64,000 nt of DNA from Desulfobacterales bacterium (GCA_040771865.1 JAXGZF010000008.1:84722-148721); one strand, 5' to 3'; shown: positions 9,926 through 20,140, numbered from the stretch's first letter. Translations and numbers: made by a program. The notes: generated by a model not told the origin, from the sequence alone.

Positions 9926-10849
9926 TTATTCCATGCTTGGGCCAAAACCTCTTCCACTGCCAGGAGCGTAATCTCCATGCATCATCCCGCGATGGCCCAT
10001 GCCTCCCCAGAATCGGCTCCAAGAACCGATTTCCGATACATCCTTGGGCAAGGTGCGCGCAAAGGACAAAAGGTCGAGGAGATCTTTTTCGCTCCATTCA
10101 TTGATGATCGCCGAGGGCATTCTGGCACCGGGTTGTCCCGCTCTGACCTTGTGAATAAATTCCCACGGATTATTGCTGGCGATCGTTCCGACAAACTCCG
10201 GCTTTTCGGCGTCTCCAAAGTTGATTGCGACGCCGGCCATGCCGTGGCACATATGAGCGCAGTTTCTCCTGAAAAGATAGCTTCCCGTCCTTTCGTTACC
10301 CCCGACAGGGATGCCTTCATTTGTGACAAATCGGCTGGTATCGATGAGGCCTTTTTTTATAAAAAGCGCAAGATCCGCAATGTCATCCGCACTGATGTGC
10401 CCTGAAAAGTCGTGTTTTTTGGCTGCGGCTTTTTTGCCGAGCACGGACTGAAGCTCCTCGATGGACTTTTTCTGGCCGGCCTCATACACCCCCTTGAAGC
10501 CGGTGAAGTGGGATCCCTTGCCATAGACGCCGTCTTTGCCGAGATAATCCCAGCCGTGGCATTCCTTGCACCGATAGGTGTCATATCCACTGCGCTGGTT
10601 CGTGCTTTGCTCCATCCACAGCGGGTGGCTTTTCTCGGGTTTATTCGCATCCATCGCAACCTTCCACCAGTTGTCATAAAGTTGTCCGCCCCGGCTGATG
10701 CGTATCAGCTCATTTAAATGGGCATCTTGTTCCGGCGAATAGGGTTGCGAATACACTGGCGGCCCGCCCATCCTGCCGTCTTTCATCTGGGACCACGCGG
10801 CCATGCTGAAAATCGCCAAAATCGATAACGCAATGACAATTTTTTTCAT
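9926..10849 (-). CDS. Periplasmic c-type cytochrome, probably diheme
   Basis: Signal peptide; CKECH and non-canonical CAHMCH; GGAGG SD. Confidence 0.8.
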   Translation of the reverse strand: MKKIVIALSILAIFSMAAWSQMKDGRMGGPPVYSQPYSPEQDAHLNELIRISRGGQLYDNWWKVAMDANKPEKSHPLWMEQSTNQRSGYDTYRCKECHGWDYLGKDGVYGKGSHFTGFKGVYEAGQKKSIEELQSVLGKKAAAKKHDFSGHISADDIADLALFIKKGLIDTSRFVTNEGIPVGGNERTGSYLFRRNCAHMCHGMAGVAINFGDAEKPEFVGTIASNNPWEFIHKVRAGQPGARMPSAIINEWSEKDLLDLLSFARTLPKDVSEIGSWSRFWGGMGHRGMMHGDYAPGSGRGFGPSME

Positions 10850-11070
10850 AGCGTCCTCCTCCGTAATATGAATGGTTGTTGGGAAAATGACTTTTTGCTT
10901 TTTAACGATGATACAAACTCAATTGCATAGCGCATTTTAGTGCGTCAGGCAGCAGCATGGCATGGGCGCTTGAGAATTTTAAAAACCGGAAAACAGAAAG
11001 ACCCGGGAAAGTATATATAAAAGTTTAGGCGGCAGACTCTGGCTGAGTCAATATTTTTTTATAGTCCTTC

Positions 11071-11101
11071 GCCGCCCCGAAAAACGGACAATCAGGGCGG
11101 C
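11071..11101 (-). terminator. Hairpin after the VWA-PspA-membrane protein operon
   Basis: GCCGCCC...GGGCGGC stem just past the stop at 11111. Confidence 0.4.
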
Positions 11102-11110
11102 GGGAGGAAG

Positions 11111-11662
11111 TTATTTGCCGTAAAGGTTGGATGCGATGATTTTTTCAGCTTCCGCGCGTGCCTGGTCAAACGGGTCGGCAGCGATTTCCGACGCGGCCGG
11201 CGCTTCAGCGGGTTGAAAGAAAACAAAGTAGAGCGACTGGATCAAAAAGAACATCCACACGCCCAGTGCCCAGCTGAGCGGGGTTCGGGGCGATAAGAGA
11301 GCGATCAGTGCCCCGCCTCCCAGGGTGAGCAGCAATTCGGCCGCAAATGTTTTAAACAGGCTGCCGGGAAAACAGACCCCGCTTCGAATCCAGCCGAACA
11401 CCGCCAGGCACATGATCCAAAAGGCCGGCCGGCAGGGAAGGGTGAACACGAGAAGCAAAAAAGCCAGCAGCGGGAAGAAAATCGATATCGGGTTTTTCCC
11501 GGCCCACCGGCAGAACAGCAGCCCGTATCCGGCCGTCATGGCCCATACAAGAAGCGAGAGGGAAAGAGCGCGATAATAAAAGCCCCCGGTTGCGATATGC
11601 ATGATGAAGGTTGCTCCGGCGCATAAAACGCCAAATACAAGGGTGGTTCGAAAGGGTTTCAT
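11111..11662 (-). CDS. Uncharacterised integral membrane protein (5-6 TM) with a charged C-terminal helix
   Basis: Hydrophobic segments; tail DPFDQARAEAEKII; ATGA overlap with the PspA-like stop. Confidence 0.75.
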   Translation of the reverse strand: MKPFRTTLVFGVLCAGATFIMHIATGGFYYRALSLSLLVWAMTAGYGLLFCRWAGKNPISIFFPLLAFLLLVFTLPCRPAFWIMCLAVFGWIRSGVCFPGSLFKTFAAELLLTLGGGALIALLSPRTPLSWALGVWMFFLIQSLYFVFFQPAEAPAASEIAADPFDQARAEAEKIIASNLYGK

Positions 11663-12216
11663 GCGGGTTCTCCTTTCATGGCTTCCTTGCGTTTAATCAG
11701 TTCCAGCTCCACTTCCTCGGGACACGGTTCCTGGAAAAACGACTCGATGGGAGATGCCTTCAGAGAGGCGGTCCATTGTTCGGCATCTGTTTTTTGCATA
11801 AAGGCCGATGCCCGCAGCTGAAGGCGTTCAAACTCGCCGCGCTGACGCTCCAGACATTCGGAAAGCTCCCGGATCTGAAGGTCGATGTTCTGAATCCGCC
11901 GGCCGAGCTCGTCTTTCAGAGCCTGATGGGGTTTGAGCTTTTTGATCAGAACCCGGGCGATGTCGTCTTTTTCCTTTTCAATCGCCACGGCAAGGTCCTT
12001 TTCCAGATTGTCGCAGGTTTGAACGTTCCGGGCGTGATCGCGGGAAAGCGCTTCACGCCGGGCCTGAATTCTTTTGAGTTCCAGGGCCTTTTCATCCAGA
12101 GCCTTTTCCATTTCCCTAAGGTGCTGGCGAAGCAGCAGGGCCGGGTCCTCGATCTGGTCCATAACGCCGTGCATGTCGGCTTTGAACAGCCGAAGAATGC
12201 GGGTAAAAATTCCCAT
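11659..12216 (-). CDS. PspA/IM30 (Vipp1, ESCRT-III-like) family protein, 185 aa
   Basis: MGIFTRILRLFKADMHGVMDQIEDPALLLRQHLREME N-terminus, coiled coil, C-terminal VELELIKRK; AGGAGG SD supports start 12216. Confidence 0.85.
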   Translation of the reverse strand: MGIFTRILRLFKADMHGVMDQIEDPALLLRQHLREMEKALDEKALELKRIQARREALSRDHARNVQTCDNLEKDLAVAIEKEKDDIARVLIKKLKPHQALKDELGRRIQNIDLQIRELSECLERQRGEFERLQLRASAFMQKTDAEQWTASLKASPIESFFQEPCPEEVELELIKRKEAMKGEPA

Positions 12217-12263
12217 GATGTTCCTCCTTTTTGGATTAGATTCCTTTTTCCCGACAGGTTGTT

Positions 12264-13673
12264 TTATTCCTGACTCCGGATGGATTTGTAGCCTTCGTAC
12301 TGAAGGGCTTTGGACTGGACCGCCTGTTTCTGGCGGACCGCTTCGGCCTCTCCCTTGAAGGTTTCCTCGACCACTCTGGAAAGCTGGGGCAGGGCCTGAT
12401 TCAGGTTTTCGTTCACGGCGTCCGAACCCACCTTTGCGTTGAGCTCGCTCTGGCGGTCCCGGTATGCATCGATGCGGTCCAGGGCTTTTTTGCGGTCTCC
12501 GGATTTGATGTCGGATGCGACCTGCTCCTTGAGCCGGCCATAGTCGTCCTGAAGGACTTTTTTCTCCCATGCTTCCTTCTGAATGGAGGCGGCCACTTTT
12601 TCGGCATCCGGAATACAGGCGACCTCAAAGGCCGGGTTGAGAACGATCCTGTGTCGCGACCCGTCCGTCTGATAGTCCACGGCAATGGGGCCGAGTCGGT
12701 AAGTGGCTTCGGAATCGGTGGGTACCTGAAAGCTTAAAAACAGGTTCCGGCTCTGGCCGGATCCCAGCGTTCCCGGGTGGAACACGGCCTCGCCGTTTTT
12801 GTATTCAATGGGATAACCGGCGGCATGAGACAGCCTTACGCCGCCGGATACCGGCACGTGAACCGAGATCCCGCTGACGGCCACCATGCGGGTCTGTCGG
12901 CATTCATTTTCAAAGGTTCGGGCAAAGGCTGCCGGGTTGTCCAGAAAGTAATACCGGCCTGCGCCGCGGTCGGCCAGGGATGTCATCAGGTATTCGTTAA
13001 AATCCGTGCCAACGCCCACGGTGCTGACGGAAAATTCCCTTTCAACCGCAACCGAGGCCATGTCGCCCAGGGTTTTTACGTCGGTGATGCCCCGGTTGGC
13101 AAGACCGTCCGATATCAGAATCAGCCGGGCCGCATTTTTCCGGTTCTTGTCCGCCAGAATCAGGTTCAATCCTTCCTGAAGCCCTGCGCCCAGGTTGGTG
13201 CACCCGCCCGGCTCGATGCGGCCGACCGCTTTCTGAAGCCGGGCCAGATTGGCTGGATTCACCGGTGCCAGCGCGCTTTCCAGGTGTACCTCATCCGAGT
13301 AGGAGACCAGGGCAAAGCGGTCTTCGGCGCCGAGCTGTTCCAGAAGATTCCGGACTGCCTGGCGGGCGTACCGGATCTTGTCTCCGTTCATGGAACCGCT
13401 TCGATCCAGAACGATCACCAGGTCTACCGAGTTTGCCGGTGAACCGGATTCAGGCCCGAGAATATCGGCGGCGTTCAGAGTCAGGGAAAGCGAGACCGGC
13501 TGATTGGAGCCGACCAGTACCTTGTCCTGAACCAGTTTCCCGGAAACCGAAAGCCGGTCGGATGTGCCGGCAAGGCGGGTCGTCGTGCCGGCGAAACGGG
13601 CGGCGGCCGTCATGGCCGCGCCGGTCAGGGTGATCAGAGCGATAATGAGTAAAAGTCGAATCTTGGGTTTCAT
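12264..13673 (-). CDS. Exported or membrane-anchored VWA domain protein (YfbK-like)
   Basis: N-terminal hydrophobic segment; LDRSGSM (MIDAS DxSxS), GGCTN, ISDG, VGVG. Confidence 0.88.
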   Translation of the reverse strand: MKPKIRLLLIIALITLTGAAMTAAARFAGTTTRLAGTSDRLSVSGKLVQDKVLVGSNQPVSLSLTLNAADILGPESGSPANSVDLVIVLDRSGSMNGDKIRYARQAVRNLLEQLGAEDRFALVSYSDEVHLESALAPVNPANLARLQKAVGRIEPGGCTNLGAGLQEGLNLILADKNRKNAARLILISDGLANRGITDVKTLGDMASVAVEREFSVSTVGVGTDFNEYLMTSLADRGAGRYYFLDNPAAFARTFENECRQTRMVAVSGISVHVPVSGGVRLSHAAGYPIEYKNGEAVFHPGTLGSGQSRNLFLSFQVPTDSEATYRLGPIAVDYQTDGSRHRIVLNPAFEVACIPDAEKVAASIQKEAWEKKVLQDDYGRLKEQVASDIKSGDRKKALDRIDAYRDRQSELNAKVGSDAVNENLNQALPQLSRVVEETFKGEAEAVRQKQAVQSKALQYEGYKSIRSQE

Positions 13674-13784
13674 ACATGCCTCCTTTGTCGAGTTTTGGGT
13701 GAAGGATCGTGTGCTTTTGTCCTGATGCTATGCGGGAGTCCCGGGGATTGCAATTCAAAGAAATGTAAATAAATCGATAGGATA

Positions 13785-13801
13785 TTTTACATAAGTTTTA
13801 C
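13785..13801 (-). promoter_or_regulatory. Candidate OmpR/CpxR-type binding site
   Basis: Minus strand GTAAAA-CTTAT-GTAAAA, 11-bp period, between the divergent VWA operon and regulator. Confidence 0.5.
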
Positions 13802-13910
13802 TTTTAAACCCGATGGGCTTGGTGTAGGATAAGACCGCATTCTGAACGGAACCATCGGCGAAAAATGTAGAAAATCCGGTTTTTAAATGCCGCGATGAAG
13901 CGAGAAGATC

Positions 13911-14609
13911 ATGAAGACCTCCAAAGCCAGAATACTGATTGTGGAAGATGATCCGGCCATATTGCAGGGACTTTGCGATGTGCTGGTTTTTAACGGGTAT
14001 GAAACCTTCGGAGTTCCGGATGGTCTCGAGGGGCTTGAAGCCGCATCGAATCAGGCATGGGATCTGATCCTTCTGGATGTCATGCTGCCCGGTATGGACG
14101 GATTTTCCATCTGCCGGAAGCTTCGGGAGAAAAAACCTTCCCAGGCCGTTGTCATGTTGACGGCCAGGGGTTCTGAAGACGATATGGTCACCGGGTTCAA
14201 GGCCGGGGCCGACGATTATGTCAGCAAGCCTTTTTCCCTGCGCGAGCTTATGGTCCGTGTCGAGGCGGTGCTGCGAAGAACCGGAAAAAATATCTCGAAT
14301 GAGACCGTCGAATTCAGGGAAATCCGTTTTGACGGATGCAACCTGACCGCCGGTTTTCAGGGCCGGACCTGCGAGCTGACGCGCCGCGAGATGGATATTG
14401 TCGCCTATCTGCACCGGAATCAGGACCGGATTGTTTCTAAAAAGGAGCTTCTGACGCATGTATGGCATTATGCGGATGCGGATATCGAGACCCGCACCGT
14501 GGATATTCACATGCTCAAACTTCGAAAAAAGATCGCCTCTATCGCACCGGATCTGCCGTTTGTTCAGACGATTCGAGGCGAAGGGTATCGTCTGGAGACA
14601 ACATCTTGA
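13911..14609 (+). CDS. OmpR/PhoB-family response regulator
   Basis: VEDD, LLDVMLPGMDG, KPF; winged helix RTVDIHMLKLRKK, TIRGEGY. Confidence 0.95.
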   Translation: MKTSKARILIVEDDPAILQGLCDVLVFNGYETFGVPDGLEGLEAASNQAWDLILLDVMLPGMDGFSICRKLREKKPSQAVVMLTARGSEDDMVTGFKAGADDYVSKPFSLRELMVRVEAVLRRTGKNISNETVEFREIRFDGCNLTAGFQGRTCELTRREMDIVAYLHRNQDRIVSKKELLTHVWHYADADIETRTVDIHMLKLRKKIASIAPDLPFVQTIRGEGYRLETTS

Positions 14610-16462
14610 AACGCATCAATATCCTGATCGTTGTCTTTTTTCTGGCTCTGTCCGTGCCGTTGGCCTGGGTGGTTGTACGCACCTACCAGGGGCTGGCCCG
14701 GGAGGAGAGCGCCACTCTGCGCTATTTTGCCGATGCCCTGTTTGATTCCATGGAGCAGGAACTGGCCAGGTTTGTGCAGACCGAAGAAGGCCGGGCCGTG
14801 GATGAGTACAATACCTGGTACGTTCCCGGCGGGCAGAGCGAAAAACGCCTTTCGCCAATTTCCGGTATTCCGGATCAACCCTTTATTCTGGGATATCTTC
14901 AGAACAACCCGGACGGCTCGTTTCAAACCCCGCTGGCGGATGCGGACGGACAAAGCGCGATTTTTGCGCAGCTGAAGTCGGTCAATGAGATTTTTAACCG
15001 GAAGCGGTTTTCCGAGCCTGCCGATTATACGGCCCGGCGGTCCGTCGAGGTCAAGAAGGAACAGGCGCCTGCTTTTATTGACCGTTTCCTGGCAAAATCC
15101 CAGGAGCAGAAATCGTATCTGGGAAGAACCGGAAAACGGGTGGAGGAAATTACCGCCAGCCAGGCTTTGAACATTGCGCAAAGTCCGGTCGCAAAGGGCG
15201 ATTCGAACATGGACTTCAAGGATGAGTTGACTGCAAAGGATGCGGCGATGCCTCAAAATGAAGGCGAACCGAGCTTGGAGCGGCGGAAGGCCAGGCAGGA
15301 TGTTTCCGAAACGCTTGCCGGCGAGGGCTTGAAAACTTATCAGGTGGAAATGGCCCCCATGCAGTCGGTTTTCATTGATGCCGAACGCCTGTTTGTTTTC
15401 CGGCGGATCATCGTCAACAGCCGGATCTACCGCCAGGGCGCGGTGCTGAAGGTCCGGGATTTTCTCGATTACCTGATAGGACAGAATTTCGCAAACCAGC
15501 CCATGGCGCGGTTTGCCAGTATCCTTCTCAGCGCGACCGACAACGACGATACGGTCGCACGGGTTCAGGGCGGCGCCTCTTCAAAGGAACCACGGTTCGA
15601 GCTGACCCGCACCTTTCCGAGGCCCTTTTCGTTTTTGAGCGCCTTGCTTTCCTGCGACCGGATTCCGGCCGCGGAAAGCCGAAAGACCCTGAATCTGATC
15701 GTCGTGGTTCTGACTGCCGTGTTGACGGTGGGTTTTGTGGCGATTTATCAGAGTGTTCGGGCCGTGGTTCAGCTTTCCGAACGCCGGTCCCGGTTTGTAT
15801 CCAGTGTCACTCATGAACTCAAAACGCCGCTGACCAATATCCGCATGTATATTGAGATGCTTTCACAGGGAATGGCGCCCACGGTGGAACGGGAACAGGC
15901 GTACTTCCGCATTCTGGAATCCGAAAGCGCCCGGCTCACCCGGCTGATCGGAAATGTGCTGGATCTGGCCAAACTGGAGAAAAAACAGCGGACTTTTAAC
16001 TGGACGACCGGGGATTTTTCGGAAGGCGTCGCAGACCTTTCCCTCCTGATGGCCGAAACCCTGCGACAGGCGGATTTTGAATTTGAGGCGATTCAGATCG
16101 GAGAGCGCAGGTTTGCCTATGATAAGGAAGTGATGATTCAGGTGCTGATCAACCTGATTGAGAACAGCGTCAAATTCGGAAGGCATGCCGCGGTTCGGCG
16201 CATCACCCTGAAAGTGGACAGAAATGCGGACCCGATTCTGATATCGGTGTCCGACACGGGTCCCGGCATTGCCAGGCACGCCTTGAAAAAGATTTTTGAG
16301 GATTTTTACCGGGGCGATGATACGGCGGTCAGAAATACGGGTGGAACCGGAATCGGGCTGGCGCTGGTCAAAAAGTTCGTCACCGCCATGGGTGGACAGG
16401 TGAGGGCGGAAAACAATGCCGGCCCCGGATGCACGATCGTCATTTCATTGCCTGCGGCCTAG
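14606..16462 (+). CDS. Sensor histidine kinase with a large extracytoplasmic domain
   Basis: Two TMs; THELKTPL H-box; NLIENS, DTGPGI, GTGIGL; probable TTG start overlapping the regulator stop (TTGA). Confidence 0.92.
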   Translation: MKRINILIVVFFLALSVPLAWVVVRTYQGLAREESATLRYFADALFDSMEQELARFVQTEEGRAVDEYNTWYVPGGQSEKRLSPISGIPDQPFILGYLQNNPDGSFQTPLADADGQSAIFAQLKSVNEIFNRKRFSEPADYTARRSVEVKKEQAPAFIDRFLAKSQEQKSYLGRTGKRVEEITASQALNIAQSPVAKGDSNMDFKDELTAKDAAMPQNEGEPSLERRKARQDVSETLAGEGLKTYQVEMAPMQSVFIDAERLFVFRRIIVNSRIYRQGAVLKVRDFLDYLIGQNFANQPMARFASILLSATDNDDTVARVQGGASSKEPRFELTRTFPRPFSFLSALLSCDRIPAAESRKTLNLIVVVLTAVLTVGFVAIYQSVRAVVQLSERRSRFVSSVTHELKTPLTNIRMYIEMLSQGMAPTVEREQAYFRILESESARLTRLIGNVLDLAKLEKKQRTFNWTTGDFSEGVADLSLLMAETLRQADFEFEAIQIGERRFAYDKEVMIQVLINLIENSVKFGRHAAVRRITLKVDRNADPILISVSDTGPGIARHALKKIFEDFYRGDDTAVRNTGGTGIGLALVKKFVTAMGGQVRAENNAGPGCTIVISLPAA

Positions 16463-16503
16463 CGTTTCAGCTCATTTTCTCCGAGAGCGGGGCCGTTTTC
16501 CGG

Positions 16504-17439
16504 TCAAGACCGAAGCTTCTCAATCAATTCCGCCATGTCCCCGGGAACCGGCGCTTCGAAACCAAGGCGATTTCCGGTCTCCGGATGGAAAATTTCGAGC
16601 CTACGGGCATGCAACATCTGGCGGCAGACATTTTCCGGCAGTTCCCTGTCCAGTTTCCGGTTGCCGTAGACCGGATCTCCGATGACCGGATGATGAATGG
16701 CCGCGCAGTGGACCCGAATCTGGTGGGTGCGGCCGGTCACCAGTTCGACCTCGAGCAGGCAGGCTTTTTGGAAACGTTCGGCGATTTTCCAGACGGAAAT
16801 CGCGGTCCGGCCCGAACGGCTCATGGTGGACATCTTTTTACGATATACCGGATGCCGCCCGATGGAAAGCTCGATCCGGCCGGCGTCCGCTTTGGGATTT
16901 CCGTGCACCAGGGCCAGATACTGTTTTTGAATGGTCCGGTTTTTAAACTGATCGGTCAGGCTCAGGAGGGCTGTCTGCGTTTTTGCGACCACGATTACGC
17001 CGCTGGTATCCTTGTCCAGGCGGTGAACAATGCCGGGCCGGATCATTCCGCCGATGCCTTCAAGGTCAGGGCAGTGATACAGCAGAGCATTGACCAGGGT
17101 TCCGGAGAAATTGCCTGGCGCAGGATGCACCACCAGTCCCGGCGGCTTGTTGATCGCAATCAGGTGGGCGTCCTGGTAAAGAATGGACAGAGAGATCGGT
17201 TCCGCTGAAAACCGGGGCTGTTCCGGAACCGGGATTTCAATTTCGATCTTATCTCCCGTGTGAACCGAATATCCTGGTTTTTGTGCGGCGCCATTGACCC
17301 GTATGTGTCCGGCGCGGATCAGTCTGGAGATGCCGGAACGCGACAGAGAAGAGGTTAAACCCAGGACGTAAAGATCCAGCCGAAGCCCTGCGGCTGAATC
17401 ATCAACAAATGCAATGACCGGTTCCTGCTGACATGTCAT
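16504..17439 (-). CDS. rluD: RluA-family 23S rRNA pseudouridine synthase (RluD type)
   Basis: S4 domain, NKPPGLVVHP, HRLDKDTSG, GRTHQIRVH. Confidence 0.9.
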   Translation of the reverse strand: MTCQQEPVIAFVDDSAAGLRLDLYVLGLTSSLSRSGISRLIRAGHIRVNGAAQKPGYSVHTGDKIEIEIPVPEQPRFSAEPISLSILYQDAHLIAINKPPGLVVHPAPGNFSGTLVNALLYHCPDLEGIGGMIRPGIVHRLDKDTSGVIVVAKTQTALLSLTDQFKNRTIQKQYLALVHGNPKADAGRIELSIGRHPVYRKKMSTMSRSGRTAISVWKIAERFQKACLLEVELVTGRTHQIRVHCAAIHHPVIGDPVYGNRKLDRELPENVCRQMLHARRLEIFHPETGNRLGFEAPVPGDMAELIEKLRS

Positions 17440-17457
17440 GCGGAGGGAAGCTGGAAA

Positions 17458-18003
17458 TCAGGGTTGAAGGTTGCTGAACAGGGACTCGATCTCTTCGATG
17501 ACGGCGTCTTCATCCGCGCTTTTGGCGGTGGAAATCTCTTTGACCAGCAGCGCCTGTGCCGTATCGTAAAGTTTTCGTTCTCCAAAGGATAGATCCTTGG
17601 AAAGCTTGAGCACATAGAGATCTCGAAAGACTTCAGCTACTTCGTACAGTGACCCGGTTTTGATCTTATCCATGTATTCACGGTACCGTCGGTTCCAGGT
17701 CTGATTGTCGCACATGCTGTCTTCATGGTTTTTCATGATGTCATACACTTTTTCGACGTCCTTTTTCTGAATCAGATCCCGAAGCCCTACCGAGGTCACG
17801 TTGCGCGTCGGAATCATGATGACCATATCGTTTTCAAGGACCTTCATGATGTAGAAATCATGTTTTTTCCCATTGATGTCGCGGCTTTCAATCGCCACAA
17901 TTCGACCCACTCCGTGAGCTGGGTACACGGCCATGTCGCCGACCTGAAATTGCCGTATTTTTCTGCTGACCAGGAAGTTTGCTTCGCTCGTTTTTTCTAC
18001 CAT
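17458..18003 (-). CDS. carD: CarD/CdnL family transcription factor
   Basis: FQVGDMAVYPAHGVG, IMIP, WNRRYR, LSFGERK. Confidence 0.9.
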   Translation of the reverse strand: MVEKTSEANFLVSRKIRQFQVGDMAVYPAHGVGRIVAIESRDINGKKHDFYIMKVLENDMVIMIPTRNVTSVGLRDLIQKKDVEKVYDIMKNHEDSMCDNQTWNRRYREYMDKIKTGSLYEVAEVFRDLYVLKLSKDLSFGERKLYDTAQALLVKEISTAKSADEDAVIEEIESLFSNLQP

Positions 18004-18070
18004 TGTTTCGCACCGAAAAAATTATTTATTATTTTAGATATATACCATTCTTGATTGGAACAATCAATGA

Positions 18071-18101
18071 AAAAAGGGCCGGCTTATTTGCCGACCCTTT
18101 T
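18071..18101 (-). terminator. Intrinsic terminator after hppA
   Basis: Minus strand AAAAGGGTCGGC-AAATAA-GCCGGCCC followed by a T tract. Confidence 0.7.
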
Positions 18102-18125
18102 GCGTAGCGAAGCACATTCCTTTAT

Positions 18126-20126
18126 TTACAGAAGAAATGGCACCATCAGAAGCGCAACCACGTTGAGAATTTTGATCATGGGATTGATCGCGGGACCCGC
18201 CGTATCCTTGTACGGATCGCCGACCGTATCTCCTGTGACCGCCGCTTTGTGCGCATCGCTTCCCTTGCCGCCCAGATGGCCGTCTTCAATGTATTTCTTT
18301 GCATTGTCCCAGGCCGCACCGCCAGTGGTCATGGAAAGTGCTACAAAAAGGCCCGTGACGATGCTTCCGATCAGAAGTCCGCCCAGCGCGATTTTGCCGA
18401 GCAGAAGACCTACCAGAATCGGGACTGCGACCGGAAGCAGCGCGGGAACGATCATTTCCTTCAGGGCAAACTTGGTGACAATATCCACGCAGTTGCTGTA
18501 ATCTGGTTTTGCGGTGCCTTCCATAATTCCGGGAATGGTCCGGAACTGGCGTCGAACCTCTTCAACCACGGCGCTGCCGGCTTTTCCAACGGCCCGCATG
18601 GCGATGGAGGCGAACAGATAGGGCAGAAGCCCGCCGATGAACAGGCCTACGATCACCTTGACGTTGCTCAGATCAAACTGAATGGCTCCAGATCCTCCGC
18701 GAATGCTGAATTCCTGAACATAGGATGCAAAAAGCACCAGAGCCGCCAGACCGGCCGAACCGATCGCATACCCCTTGGTCACCGCCTTGGTGGTGTTGCC
18801 GACCGCATCCAGGGGGTCGGTCACGGCCCGGACGCTTTCTTCCATTTCCGCCATTTCCGCGATGCCCCCGGCATTGTCGGTGATCGGGCCGTACGCATCG
18901 ATGGCGATGACCATGCCGGTCATGGAAAGCATGGAAATGGCTGCCATGGCAATTCCGTAAAGACCGGCAAAGGCATAGGCGGAGAGTATTCCTATGCAGA
19001 TCAGGACGACCGGCGCCGCCGTTGCCTCAAGACTGACGGCAAGTCCCGAGATGATATTGGTTGCATGGCCCGTGGTGGATGCCTGGGCGATGGATTTTAC
19101 AGGACCATATTTGCCGGTATAGTATTCGGTAATGATGACGATGCCGACGGTGAGTATGAGACCGACCAGCGTGGCCATATAAACCCCCGAAGCCGAAATC
19201 CCCTCGATTCCCTTCATCATCGACATGGTGAACACGCCAAAGACGACGGCTGCCAGTATGGCGGCACCGAACATTCCTTTGTAGAGCGCGCCCATGATAT
19301 ACTGATTTTTGCCCAACCGGACAAAAAAGACGGCGATCATCGAGGCAATGATAGATATGGCGCCCAGAACCAGGGGAAATTGCGTGGCGATGGGGTTGTC
19401 CGGGTAAAGCAGGTGGCCCAGAAGCATGGCGGCCACAGCGGTGATAGCATAGGTTTCAAAAAGGTCAGCGGCCATGCCGGCGCAGTCTCCGACATTGTCA
19501 CCGACGTTATCGGCGATAACCGCCGGATTTCTCGGATCATCTTCGGGAATGCCCGCTTCAACTTTTCCGACCAGGTCCGCGCCGACATCCGCGCCCTTGG
19601 TGAAAATGCCGCCGCCGAGACGGGCGAAAATCGAAATCAGGCTTCCGCCGAAACCCAAGGCCACCAGCGCGATGACATCGTGGGTTATGGCGTAAAAGCC
19701 TGCCACCGAGGTCAACGCAAGACCTGCCACCATCATTCCGGTGACCGAACCGCCCTTGAAGGCCATGCTCAGACCCGCGGCCAGTCCCTGTTTGGCGGCT
19801 TCGGCTGTGCGTACGTTGGCGATGACGGACACCCGCATGCCGACGTAGCCGGCAATAAATGATGCGGTTGCGCCCACCAGAAAGCCGATTGCGTTTCTGA
19901 ATCCCAGGGTGGGGAGCATGATGACGAAAATAACGCCGCCGGCAATGGACATGCTTTTAAGCTGACGGTTCAGATAGGCAATGGCGCCTTCTTTGATGGC
20001 GCCGGAGATTTCCTGCATTCGCTCGCTGCCGGCAGGGGCCTTTTGAATCATTCGAGCTACGATGATCGAATACACTACAGCCGACAGACCGATCAGCGTA
20101 CAGTACAGCGGTAAATTGCTCAACAC
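18126..20126 (-). CDS. hppA: Membrane-bound proton-translocating pyrophosphatase
   Basis: [29 protein letters not shown]-like, [16 protein letters not shown] signature; GTG start. Confidence 0.95.
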   Translation of the reverse strand: MLSNLPLYCTLIGLSAVVYSIIVARMIQKAPAGSERMQEISGAIKEGAIAYLNRQLKSMSIAGGVIFVIMLPTLGFRNAIGFLVGATASFIAGYVGMRVSVIANVRTAEAAKQGLAAGLSMAFKGGSVTGMMVAGLALTSVAGFYAITHDVIALVALGFGGSLISIFARLGGGIFTKGADVGADLVGKVEAGIPEDDPRNPAVIADNVGDNVGDCAGMAADLFETYAITAVAAMLLGHLLYPDNPIATQFPLVLGAISIIASMIAVFFVRLGKNQYIMGALYKGMFGAAILAAVVFGVFTMSMMKGIEGISASGVYMATLVGLILTVGIVIITEYYTGKYGPVKSIAQASTTGHATNIISGLAVSLEATAAPVVLICIGILSAYAFAGLYGIAMAAISMLSMTGMVIAIDAYGPITDNAGGIAEMAEMEESVRAVTDPLDAVGNTTKAVTKGYAIGSAGLAALVLFASYVQEFSIRGGSGAIQFDLSNVKVIVGLFIGGLLPYLFASIAMRAVGKAGSAVVEEVRRQFRTIPGIMEGTAKPDYSNCVDIVTKFALKEMIVPALLPVAVPILVGLLLGKIALGGLLIGSIVTGLFVALSMTTGGAAWDNAKKYIEDGHLGGKGSDAHKAAVTGDTVGDPYKDTAGPAINPMIKILNVVALLMVPFLL

Positions 20127-20140
20127 TGCCTCCTTTCTGT

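Noticed and set aside
12217..12570. N-terminal extension making the PspA-like ORF 303 aa
   Set aside because: Overlaps the VWA gene; an SD and the family N-terminus support start 12216
14462..14605. Upstream extension of the histidine kinase ORF
   Set aside because: Lies inside the regulator gene; the TTG at 14606 directly precedes the first TM
18249..19862. 537-aa ORF antisense to hppA, and similar long antisense ORFs over serA, mnmG, fmt, the VWA gene and the YbjT-like gene
   Set aside because: Shadow frames of well-supported genes in GC3-biased DNA; no motifs or SD
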